The translations under genes and the position numbers were made by a program. Under the pieces are notes generated by a model. The model was not told the DNA's origin. It did no database searches and worked only from the letters and a program-made list of their open reading frames with translations. A stretch of DNA of 36,462 bases from an uncultured Singulisphaera sp. GTDB lineage: Bacteria; Planctomycetota; UBA1135; UBA2386. Shown here piece by piece: positions 7,924 to 16,044 of this stretch (position 1 is its first letter; each line of letters starts with the position of its first letter). The stretch spans positions 2,916 to 39,377 of the forward strand of contig CAZEQF010000003.1 in the NCBI GenBank assembly GCA_964514315.1, written 5' to 3'.

Positions 7924-9627
7924 GTGGTCGTCCCGATCGCCTACGCGCTGTCGCTCGCAGTGATGCTGCTTGCGCGCGACCTGTTCTTGGTGCTGCCGGG
8001 CTCGGGCCATGTCGAATCGGGGGCAGCAGGTTGCGCGTTGCTGTTGTTGCCGTCGATCGTGGCCGAACTCGCGCGTCGCGCACGTTCGCCGCGTCGCCGT
8101 CGCGCCATCGAACGCGCGTCCGCGGCGCTGCTGCCTGCGTGCTACGCGACGTTGCTCGGGCCGTGTGGCTGGGCCGACCTCGCGGACCGTTGGGCGCACG
8201 GCAGCCATCTCGCCGAGTTGTTCGCCTTGCTTGCGCCGCTCGTGTCCGGCGAAGCGCTGCGCATCGTCGCCGAAGTCCGCGACGACTTCGGCCCCGACGA
8301 TGCTGCGGGCCTCCGTCCCGTGCTGCGCGCGCGCTTTGCGTTCGTCGCGTTGTTCACGATGCCGTGGGTTGCGCTCGCCGTGATCGGCGACCTGATGCAG
8401 ACGCATCGAGCCGTGTTCGGCTTCGTGGTCGGCACGGGACTGGGCCTCACGCTCGGCACGCTCGCGTTCGTGTTGGTCATCGCGGTCGCGTTGCCGTTCG
8501 CGTTCCGCATCGCGTTCGGCCTCACGCCGCGCCTGCCGGAGCCGCTCGGCGCGCAATTGCGGGAGACGGCTGCGGCGTTGGGGTTCCGCGGCAATGCGGT
8601 GCTTCTGCTCGACAGCGGCATGCGCACGGTGAACGCGCTGCTCGTCGGTCCGTTGCCGTGGCCGCGCTACCTCGTGCTCACGGACGGACTCGTCGCGATC
8701 CTCGACGCGCACGCGCTGCGCGGCGTCGTCGCGCACGAAGTCGGCCATGCGCAGGCGGGGCATCCCGCGATGCTGCTCGCGTTGTTCGTCGCGACGCCGT
8801 TGTTGCTCGCGAACGCGGGCCAGCAGCTGCCGGTCGAGGACTTCATGACGCCGGTCGGCATCGCGGTCGGCGCAGCGCTCGCGGCCGCCTCGGTCGTGGC
8901 GTTGCGCAAGGTGTCGCATCGCTTCGAGCACGAAGCGGATGTGCTGTCGGCGATTGCGCTCGGCGGCGCGGAGCCGTGCATCCAGGCGCTCGCGCGCGTC
9001 GGCGAAGTGGTCCACGGCGAACCCGACCGCGCGACGATGCTGCATCCGAGCGAGTCGTCGCGCATCGCGCTGCTGCGTCGCTTTGCGTCGGATCAGGCGT
9101 TCCGCGCGCGCTTTGCGCTGCGCGGCCTTCGCCTGCGGCGTTGCATCGCGGCTGCGTTCTTCGTCGCGTCCGTCGTCGGCGCGTTGAGCTGGTTGCGCGC
9201 GTGGCCCTACGAATCGGCGGCGATCGCGTTCCATCGCGGCGACCTCGCAGAAGCGCGTCGGCTGGTCGAGGCTGCGGGCTCGAACGTTCCCGAAGGCCAT
9301 TGGGAATGGTGGCAACGGTTCCGCGAAGACCTGGAAGCTGCGACTGCGATCGCGGGCGACGGCGGCGCATGGGAGACCATCCGACCTCGCTTCGCCGAAG
9401 AAGGCTGGCGCCGCGGCGTCGCGATCCTGTTGGAGCAAGGCCCCGCCGCAGCGCGCCCGTGGCTCGCGTTGTCGACCGAGGACGAAGGACGATCGGCCCT
9501 GCGCCGCAGCGTGCTGCTCTACTGCGAGGCCGCAGTCGACGCCGACCTTTCGCGCATGGACGAGATCGCCGCGCACGTGCGCATGCTCGGCGTGCCCGCG
9601 GACCTCGCGCCGGTCTTCGGCGGCTGA
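7924..9627 (+). CDS. M48-family (HtpX/Ste24-like) membrane zinc metallopeptidase with C-terminal helical extension
   Basis: Several N-terminal hydrophobic segments. HEVGH (HExxH), then a hydrophobic segment, then SHRFEHEADVLS (the M48 E-x-x-AD third-ligand motif). About 200 aa of helical C-terminus. GTG lies 3 nt after the upstream stop. Confidence 0.8.
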   Translation: MVVPIAYALSLAVMLLARDLFLVLPGSGHVESGAAGCALLLLPSIVAELARRARSPRRRRAIERASAALLPACYATLLGPCGWADLADRWAHGSHLAELFALLAPLVSGEALRIVAEVRDDFGPDDAAGLRPVLRARFAFVALFTMPWVALAVIGDLMQTHRAVFGFVVGTGLGLTLGTLAFVLVIAVALPFAFRIAFGLTPRLPEPLGAQLRETAAALGFRGNAVLLLDSGMRTVNALLVGPLPWPRYLVLTDGLVAILDAHALRGVVAHEVGHAQAGHPAMLLALFVATPLLLANAGQQLPVEDFMTPVGIAVGAALAAASVVALRKVSHRFEHEADVLSAIALGGAEPCIQALARVGEVVHGEPDRATMLHPSESSRIALLRRFASDQAFRARFALRGLRLRRCIAAAFFVASVVGALSWLRAWPYESAAIAFHRGDLAEARRLVEAAGSNVPEGHWEWWQRFREDLEAATAIAGDGGAWETIRPRFAEEGWRRGVAILLEQGPAAARPWLALSTEDEGRSALRRSVLLYCEAAVDADLSRMDEIAAHVRMLGVPADLAPVFGG

Positions 9628-9638
9628 TGCGCCGCGCG

Positions 9639-9660
9639 CGAACCGCTCAGTAGCGGTTCG
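9639..9660. terminator. 9-bp hairpin between convergent genes (possible bidirectional terminator)
   Basis: CGAACCGCT-cagt-AGCGGTTCG is a perfect 9-bp stem with a 4-nt loop. It lies 12 nt after the M48 stop and overlaps the stop codon (9647-9649) of the minus-strand gene. No U-tract. Confidence 0.35.
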
Positions 9661-11929
9661 ACTCCAGCGCCCAGTTCACTTCCTTGCTCCACGTGACGTT
9701 CTTGCGCCGGTCGAACTCGCGCACGAGGTCCTTCTCCGAAACGATCGTGTTGCCGTTGGGCAAGCGGTCCGCATCGCTCGGCGACACGAGGCCCGACAGT
9801 TCCCACACGACCTTGCCGTCGCGGTCGACTTCGATCACGGAGCCCTTCGCGCGCAGCGTCACGAGCGTGTTGCCGTTCGGCAGGCGATCCGCGTCGTGCG
9901 CGCTGTTCATGCCCTTCAGCTCCCAGACGATCTCGCCCGCCGTCGTGACTTCGAGCACGCGGTCGCGCAGCACGTCGCAGATCAGCGTGTTGCCGTTCGG
10001 CAAGCGATCGCAGTCGAAGGGCCGCACATCCTTGTCGTAGGTCCACACGATCTTCTTGTCCGGCGAGACCTCGATCACGCGCGCGCCGTAGCAGTCGGCG
10101 ATCAGCGTGTTGCCGTTGGGCAAGCGGTCCGCGTCGTAGGGGTTCTTGAGCTTTGGGTCCTCGAACACCCACACCGTCTCGCCCTTGCGGTTGACCTCGC
10201 TGATGCGGCTCACGGAGAACTCCGTGATGAGCAGGTTGTTGTTGTCGAGGCACTCGATGTCGGCCGCGCCGAAGATGTCTTCGAGCTCGAACGTCACGCG
10301 GCCCTGGTCGTCGACTTCGAGGATCTTGTTGTCGCTGTAGTCGGCGATGACGGTGAAGCCCCACATCGCGCCGCCACCGACGCCGAGTTCGATGCGCGAG
10401 ACGTTGCGCATGGGCAGGACGGCGGAGCCCACAGAAGGCGCGACGACCGCGACATCGTTGGCAGAGCTGCCGACGACGAGGCAGAGGATGCGGTCGCCGT
10501 TCTGCAACTCGATGCGCGCGTAGGTCGCGGTGTCAGGCTCGGCGGCGCGCGGCCGCTTCATCAGCACGCCGGCGACTTCCGCGAGCGGGATGCGCCTCGG
10601 TTGCCCTTGCGCGTCCTCGAGCACGAGCGCGTCGCCGTCGATGCGCTGGATGGCGCCGTCGACGAGCTCGTTGGACTGGAGCCGCACGCGGTCCGTGTCC
10701 ACCGATGAGCCGACGAGACGATCGAGCTTGGGGTCGATCGCGATGCCCTGCACGGTGCTGCGCGGCAGTTGCAGTTCGCCGAACGTGGTCGAACGCACGC
10801 GAACGGTTGTTTCGTCGAAGCCGACCAGCGCGCCGGTGACGAGGCTGCCTTGCGTCAAGAACACGCGCGTCGTCGCGATGGGCTGCGCCGGGCTGTCGGG
10901 GAATTCGAGCACGCTCGCTTCGGCGAACTCGATGCGCAAAGAGGTCAAGGTCTCGAACGCGCCGCGCACCGAGGTCGCATCGCCGTCGAACCCCGCGAAC
11001 TCGCCGGTGATCGGGTCGTGGCCGGGCACCGCGATCGTGACCTTCGGTCCTGCGCTCGCGGGCTTCGGCATGTCGAGCTTGGCGCCGATCGCGACCGAGG
11101 GTTCCTTGCTCGACGCGAGCGCCGCGCGCAACGCCGCTGCGTCGGCGCGCCCGTTCGTGCCCGCCAGCAACGCACACTGCTCGGCGCGCGAGAGCGAGCC
11201 TTCGGTCTGCAGCTTCAGCAACAACTCGACCGCGCGCGGCGAACGCATGCGAAGCAGCGCTTCGAGCACGCGCGCGCGGTGCAGGCCGCCCTTCCATGCG
11301 AGTTGCGCGAACACCGCGTCCGCCTCCTCGTCGCCGCCGTGGATGCCGAGCGCGCGGATCGCGCCGTCGACGACCGCTGCATCGGTGTGGCCGATCGCCG
11401 AACGCAACGCGCGCAGCAACTTCGCATCCGGCTTCATGAACGACGCGAGCGCGACGAAGCCGCGCAGGTAACGGAGTTGTCGCTCCTCGTCCACGGTGCC
11501 GCGCGCGCGGATCGCATCGACGATGCGGCGGCAGCGCATGCGCTCCTCCAGCACCGAGGCGCTCTCCGCGCGTTGGAGGATCGTCGTCTGCGCGCGTGCG
11601 CCGATCTCGATCAAGTTGCGCTCCGCTTGCTCACGCTGCGACCATCGCGCGTCGGTCAGTTCGCCGAGCAGCCGTTCGACCTTGAGCATGTATTCGCGGT
11701 GGTCGCCGTGGATGCGGCTCGTCACCGCGGCGGTTGCCTTGTCGATCTGCGGCATCAACGTGGCGATCTGCTGCAGGCGAACGAAACCGTCGTCGGAGTC
11801 GAAGCCCTTGGCGGCAGCCATGAGTTCTTCGTCCGTCCAGTCCTGCGCGTTCGCAGTGGCGGCCGCGGTCGCGGCGAGCATGGAGATCAGGAGCCAACGG
11901 GCCGGTCGGTTCATGGAGCTGCGCATCAT
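9647..11929 (-). CDS. secreted HEAT-repeat / beta-module / six-bladed-type beta-propeller protein
   Basis: 3' 760 aa of track ORF 9647-12247. Candidate starts are ATG ATG at 11929/11926 or ATG at 11914. Signal peptide MNRPARWLLISMLAATAAATANAQD. HEAT-like region (RALRSAIGHTDAAVVDGAIRALG...). Four ~45-aa beta-modules. C-terminal blades carry D(A/C)DRLPNGNT(L/I) four times (ASST/PQQ-like propeller type). Confidence 0.8.
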   Translation of the reverse strand: MMRSSMNRPARWLLISMLAATAAATANAQDWTDEELMAAAKGFDSDDGFVRLQQIATLMPQIDKATAAVTSRIHGDHREYMLKVERLLGELTDARWSQREQAERNLIEIGARAQTTILQRAESASVLEERMRCRRIVDAIRARGTVDEERQLRYLRGFVALASFMKPDAKLLRALRSAIGHTDAAVVDGAIRALGIHGGDEEADAVFAQLAWKGGLHRARVLEALLRMRSPRAVELLLKLQTEGSLSRAEQCALLAGTNGRADAAALRAALASSKEPSVAIGAKLDMPKPASAGPKVTIAVPGHDPITGEFAGFDGDATSVRGAFETLTSLRIEFAEASVLEFPDSPAQPIATTRVFLTQGSLVTGALVGFDETTVRVRSTTFGELQLPRSTVQGIAIDPKLDRLVGSSVDTDRVRLQSNELVDGAIQRIDGDALVLEDAQGQPRRIPLAEVAGVLMKRPRAAEPDTATYARIELQNGDRILCLVVGSSANDVAVVAPSVGSAVLPMRNVSRIELGVGGGAMWGFTVIADYSDNKILEVDDQGRVTFELEDIFGAADIECLDNNNLLITEFSVSRISEVNRKGETVWVFEDPKLKNPYDADRLPNGNTLIADCYGARVIEVSPDKKIVWTYDKDVRPFDCDRLPNGNTLICDVLRDRVLEVTTAGEIVWELKGMNSAHDADRLPNGNTLVTLRAKGSVIEVDRDGKVVWELSGLVSPSDADRLPNGNTIVSEKDLVREFDRRKNVTWSKEVNWALESNRY
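9747..10138 (-). repeat. intragenic tandem repeat with exact 120-bp period (propeller blades)
   Basis: GTGTTGCCGTT(G/C)GGCA(A/G)GCG(G/A)TC starts at 9747, 9867, 9987 and 10107, exactly 120 nt (40 codons) apart. It encodes DRLPNGNT on the minus strand. A degenerate further copy sits near 10232. Confidence 0.85.
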
Positions 11930-12057
11930 GGAGCAGGATCGCGGAAGGATCCTCGCCCTCGTCGGTCTTGGTGTCAGCAATCGAGTGCAGCGACGCGCAG
12001 GTTCGGTCCAGGAGAATGGTCCTGCGGACCTCGCCGCCTGTGCGCGGTTGACGTAGA

Positions 12058-14961
12058 TTGCGCATCGATCCCTCCCGGCGCGCGCGACGTTGGATCCTCG
12101 GGGTCGCCGACCGCCGCAGCCCGTCCGCAACCGGGCCGCTTCCTGACCCGCGACCGACCCTCTCCACCTTGCTCCGACCCGCCTCGATCGCACCGCACGC
12201 GTTGCTCGCGTTCGCCGTCGCGCTGTCGTGCGCACGGGCGCAGGCACAAGCCCAGGTGAAGGTGCAGGTGCGCGGCGGGATCGGAGCGATCAACGCCCCG
12301 GCCAAGGAAGAACCGGAGACCGGCGTGCCGGTCGAGATGTTCGAGAGCCCCAACCTCGATCGCTTCGTGCGCCGCGCGCGGCGGTTCCTCGACGAGGAGC
12401 GCTACGAGGATGCGATCGCAGTGCTGCAGTCCGTGGTCGAAGGGCGAACGCTCGAAGCGGAGCCGACGGACGGAGAAGCCCAGCCGACGCCGGAGCCCAA
12501 GCAGGCCGAAGTCGAGCCAGAGGCACAGGGCCAGGCCGGCGCCAACCAGAAGCCTCGTTCCGCGGCGCGCGTGCCAGGACGCGACCAACCGAAGAAGGAC
12601 GACAAGCAGAACGAGGGCCCAGTCGATCCGCGCAAGGCGGTGTTCTCCGTGGACGGCCGCCTCTACCGGCCCGCGGCACGGCTCTGCCAGGAATACCTCG
12701 CGCAGATGCCCGCGGTCGGCATCGAGCTCTACCAGGCGCGCTACGAGTCGCAGGCGGCGGCGCTGCTCGACGAGGCGCGGCGCACGGGGACGGCGCGCGA
12801 CTACGAACAGGTCGCGGTGCGCCACTTCCCGTCGCAGGCAGCGGGCCTCGCGTTGCAGTCGCTTGCCGACCTGCACATGCAGGCGGGCCGCTATCGCGCT
12901 GCGGTGCAGACGCTGCGCGACCTCGTCGGCGTCTATCCCAAGGCCAACCTGCAGCGACTCGGCATCTCGCCGTTGTGGTGCCGGTTCAAGATCGCGCTGT
13001 GCTTGCGATTGTCAGGCGACCTGCTCGGCGCGCGCGAAGCCGTGGAGCAACTGGCGAACGAGAACCCCGACGAGTCGCTGCGCGTGATGGGCGAACTGAC
13101 GCCCGTGCGCGACCTGCCGACGAGCCCGTGGTTTGCCGCGCCGGAGCCGATCGCGGTCGCGGGCAACGACGCGCGGCCGGTGAGTTGGTTGTCGTCGGGC
13201 GACGAGGCGCTGGTTCCGCTGTGGGTCTACCGCTTCGCGGGCAACGACCCCTACGAGCCCGTGCAGGGCAAGCGCGGCAACAACGAGATCTTCGTGTTCG
13301 GCGGGTCCGGCTCCGGATCGACGGCGTCGCCGCCCGCCACCAAGTACGGCGTCGGCACGCAGGTCGCGTTCTTCGGCGAACGTCACGGCCGCGCGGTGTT
13401 CCTCGAGAACTTCCGGCTGCGCATCGCCGAGTCGTTGACCGGCATCCTCGTGCGCGAAGGCGACGGCGAGGAGTTGCCGCCGAAGCCGCTCGAAGGTCGC
13501 CCGCGGCCGCGCGTGCCGGTCTACGACCTCGCGTTGATGACGCCGCTGGAGGACGAGGACCGTTACTACGCGGTCCTTGGCTACAACCGCGTGACGCAGT
13601 CGGCGGAGCCGCTCAAGAACAACTGGCTCGTCGCCTACGGCAAGGAAGGCGGTCCGCGTGTGTGGAGCACCGAGTCCTACGCCGAAGGCGAGGACGGATT
13701 CGACGACGTGACGTTCCTCGCGGCGCCGGTGCGCTTCGCCGAGACGTTGCTCGCGCCGGTGCTGCACAAGGGTGTCTACGCGCTGCAGTGCATCGATCGC
13801 GCGTCGGGCAAGCCGCTGTGGCGCACGCGCATCCACGCTGCGGGCACGCGCTACTTCAAGGCGCCGGGCGCGCGCGTGAAGACGCAAGGCAGCACGGCCT
13901 ACATGCTGACGAACGCGGGCGCATTCGCCGCGATCGACGCGTTCGCCGGCGACCTGCGTTGGATCCGCAAGTACGAACGCACCGACCCGCTGCGCGCGAA
14001 GCCCGCGAAGCGGAAGTCCGACGGCAACTCGAACCCGTTCGGCTTCTCCAACTCGTATGTCGAGTCCGATCTCCCCGGCGCGTTGCCGAGCGAGGTCTAC
14101 GAAGCCAACGGCGCACTGGTGTTCGCGCCGTGCGACAGCGACCTGTTGCTCTGCGTCGACGGCGCATCGGGCGAGCCGGTCTGGATGCTCGACGGCACGA
14201 CGCGCTACGCGCCCTACGGCAAGCTGCGCTATCTGATCGGCGTCGACGACGGCCTCTTGTTCTTCGAGGCGAGCAGCGACCTCCGCGACCATCTCGTCTG
14301 CGTCGAGGTTGCGACCGGCATCGTGCGCTGGTCGCGCGAGATCCCGCGTTCGACCGAACGGCTCACGCGCTGGCCCGGCCGCGGCTGCATCGCCGAAGGC
14401 CGCGTGCTGTTGCCCGGCGACCGTCGCGTGCACTCGATCGACGTGAAGGGCGAAGGCGCGTGGGAAGAGCGCTTGCTGCCGCCGTTCTCCGCGGGTGAAG
14501 AGCCGCTGCGCGGACCCAACAACCTGTTCGTGCGCGGCAGCTGGCTGTCGGTCTGCTACGCGCGCGGCATCGAGACCTACTCCACGGCTTCCGAACTCGC
14601 GCGGCTCGCGCAAGGCAGCGAAGACGTGGAAGCGCGCGCGCGCATCCTCGTGCAGGCCAGCCAGCTGCAGGACGCCCTCGATGCGCTCGTGCGCTCGCTG
14701 GGCGAACTTGGACCTGCCGGTGATCCCGTGATCGCCGAACGGCGCGCGCTGCAAGCAGTCGCGATCGCCCGCAGCCTCGCGTTGTCGACGCGCGATGCGC
14801 CGTTGGTGGCGCTCGACGCGATTGCGCCGTTCGTCACCGCGCCCAAGGCCAGGCTCGCATGGCTCCTCGCGCGGGTCGACGCAGTGCGCGCAGCCGGCGA
14901 CAGCGCGGCGACCGAACGCGAACAAGAGGCCCTCTACCGCACCATGGAAGGCAAGCAATGA
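12058..14961 (+). CDS. secreted TPR + PQQ-like (BamB-type) beta-propeller repeat protein
   Basis: TPR-like helices (ERYEDAIAVLQSVVEG; LADLHMQAGRYRAAVQTLRDLVGVYP). Repeated PQQ-like strand motifs: CIDRASGKPLWRTRI, AIDAFAGDLRWIRKYE, CVDGASGEPVWMLDG, CVEVATGIVRWSREI. The start is uncertain: TTG 12058 (track) or in-frame TTG 12169. The latter gives a clean signal peptide, MLRPASIAPHALLAFAVALSCARAQA. Confidence 0.8.
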   Translation: MRIDPSRRARRWILGVADRRSPSATGPLPDPRPTLSTLLRPASIAPHALLAFAVALSCARAQAQAQVKVQVRGGIGAINAPAKEEPETGVPVEMFESPNLDRFVRRARRFLDEERYEDAIAVLQSVVEGRTLEAEPTDGEAQPTPEPKQAEVEPEAQGQAGANQKPRSAARVPGRDQPKKDDKQNEGPVDPRKAVFSVDGRLYRPAARLCQEYLAQMPAVGIELYQARYESQAAALLDEARRTGTARDYEQVAVRHFPSQAAGLALQSLADLHMQAGRYRAAVQTLRDLVGVYPKANLQRLGISPLWCRFKIALCLRLSGDLLGAREAVEQLANENPDESLRVMGELTPVRDLPTSPWFAAPEPIAVAGNDARPVSWLSSGDEALVPLWVYRFAGNDPYEPVQGKRGNNEIFVFGGSGSGSTASPPATKYGVGTQVAFFGERHGRAVFLENFRLRIAESLTGILVREGDGEELPPKPLEGRPRPRVPVYDLALMTPLEDEDRYYAVLGYNRVTQSAEPLKNNWLVAYGKEGGPRVWSTESYAEGEDGFDDVTFLAAPVRFAETLLAPVLHKGVYALQCIDRASGKPLWRTRIHAAGTRYFKAPGARVKTQGSTAYMLTNAGAFAAIDAFAGDLRWIRKYERTDPLRAKPAKRKSDGNSNPFGFSNSYVESDLPGALPSEVYEANGALVFAPCDSDLLLCVDGASGEPVWMLDGTTRYAPYGKLRYLIGVDDGLLFFEASSDLRDHLVCVEVATGIVRWSREIPRSTERLTRWPGRGCIAEGRVLLPGDRRVHSIDVKGEGAWEERLLPPFSAGEEPLRGPNNLFVRGSWLSVCYARGIETYSTASELARLAQGSEDVEARARILVQASQLQDALDALVRSLGELGPAGDPVIAERRALQAVAIARSLALSTRDAPLVALDAIAPFVTAPKARLAWLLARVDAVRAAGDSAATEREQEALYRTMEGKQ

Positions 14962-16031
14962 ACGAGCAGCGCCCCTCCGTTCCCCTCTCGCGCTTCGCGG
15001 CCTCGTGGCTCTGCGCCATGGCGATGCTGTGCAGCGTCGACGCAACTGCGCAAGAACAGGTCGAGGTCCTTCCGCGCGGTGTCACGCGCGAGATGCAGTC
15101 CGCGGTGAAGAGCGGGCTGCAGTTCTTGAAGCGCAACCAGTCGCCGGACGGCTCTTGGCGCAGCGCCGGCGGCCACGGCACGTATCCCACCGCGATGACC
15201 GGCCTGGCCGGCATGGCGCTGGTCGCCTCGGGCTCGACGCCGACGCGCGGCCCGTACTGGCGCGAGATCCGCCAGTCGATGGACTACCTCGTCAAGCACG
15301 CGGATCCGCAGACCGGCGTCATCACCGAGATGTCGACCGAGAACCGCAACATGTACGGGCACGGCTTCTCGTTGCTCTACCTCGCGTCGGTCTACGGCAT
15401 GGAAGAGGACGCGCAACGGCAGCAGAAGCTGCACGGCGTGCTCACGCGCGCCGTGAAGCTGATCGAACGCGCGCAGTCGGGCGCTGGCGGTTGGATCTAC
15501 ACGCCGGACTCCGGCGGCGACGAGGGCAGCGTCACGGTCACGCAAGTGCAGGCTCTGCGCGCGTGCCGCATGGGCGGCATCATCGTCGACAAGAAGACGA
15601 TCGACCGCGCCGTCGACTACATCAAGAAGTGCCAGAACCCGGACGGCGGCATCAGCTACAGCCTCGGCTCGCGCGGCGCGAGCAGGCCGGCGATCAGCGC
15701 CGCGGGCGTCGCGGTGCTCTACAACGCAGGCGTCTACGACGACCAACCGTTCGTCGACAAGGCGATGAAGTACGTGATGAAGAACGTGAGCCCGACGACG
15801 GACTCGACGGGCCATCACTTCTACACGCAACTCTACTTTGCGCAGGCGCTCTACCAGCGCGGCGGCAAGGACTGGGACGACTACCTCGCCAAGATCGGCC
15901 CGTGGCTCGTTCGCACGCAGAAGAAGGACGGCTCGTGGGAAGGCGACGGCGTCGGCGCCATCTACGGCACTGCGATCGCGTTGACGATCCTGCAGCTGCC
16001 GTTCGCGCTGGTCCCGATCTACCAACGTTGA
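14958..16031 (+). CDS. secreted prenyltransferase/squalene-oxidase-repeat (alpha/alpha-toroid) protein
   Basis: ATG at 14958 overlaps the upstream stop (ATGA). Signal peptide ...WLCAMAMLCSVDATAQE. Repeated Q-x-x-DG-S/G-W motifs (NQSPDGSWRS, AQSGAGGWIY, CQNPDGGISY, TQKKDGSWEG). Confidence 0.8.
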   Translation: MNEQRPSVPLSRFAASWLCAMAMLCSVDATAQEQVEVLPRGVTREMQSAVKSGLQFLKRNQSPDGSWRSAGGHGTYPTAMTGLAGMALVASGSTPTRGPYWREIRQSMDYLVKHADPQTGVITEMSTENRNMYGHGFSLLYLASVYGMEEDAQRQQKLHGVLTRAVKLIERAQSGAGGWIYTPDSGGDEGSVTVTQVQALRACRMGGIIVDKKTIDRAVDYIKKCQNPDGGISYSLGSRGASRPAISAAGVAVLYNAGVYDDQPFVDKAMKYVMKNVSPTTDSTGHHFYTQLYFAQALYQRGGKDWDDYLAKIGPWLVRTQKKDGSWEGDGVGAIYGTAIALTILQLPFALVPIYQR

Positions 16032-16044
16032 GCCAAGGTCGGTG

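Noticed and set aside
2910-9576. Very long minus-strand track ORFs (2910-5243, 777 aa; 6194-8083, 629 aa; 6643-9576, 977 aa), together with many shorter ORFs in both orientations
   Set aside because: Their translations are dominated by Arg/Ala/Pro/Gly runs with no motifs, and they lie antisense to or out of frame with genes that have clear family signatures. These are typical stop-poor shadow frames in high-GC DNA.
12048-12053. TTGACG as a -35 box for the big operon
   Set aside because: There is no acceptable -10 hexamer 16-19 nt downstream (the sequence there is CCTCCC). It would also lie only a few nt from the TTG 12058 start candidate.
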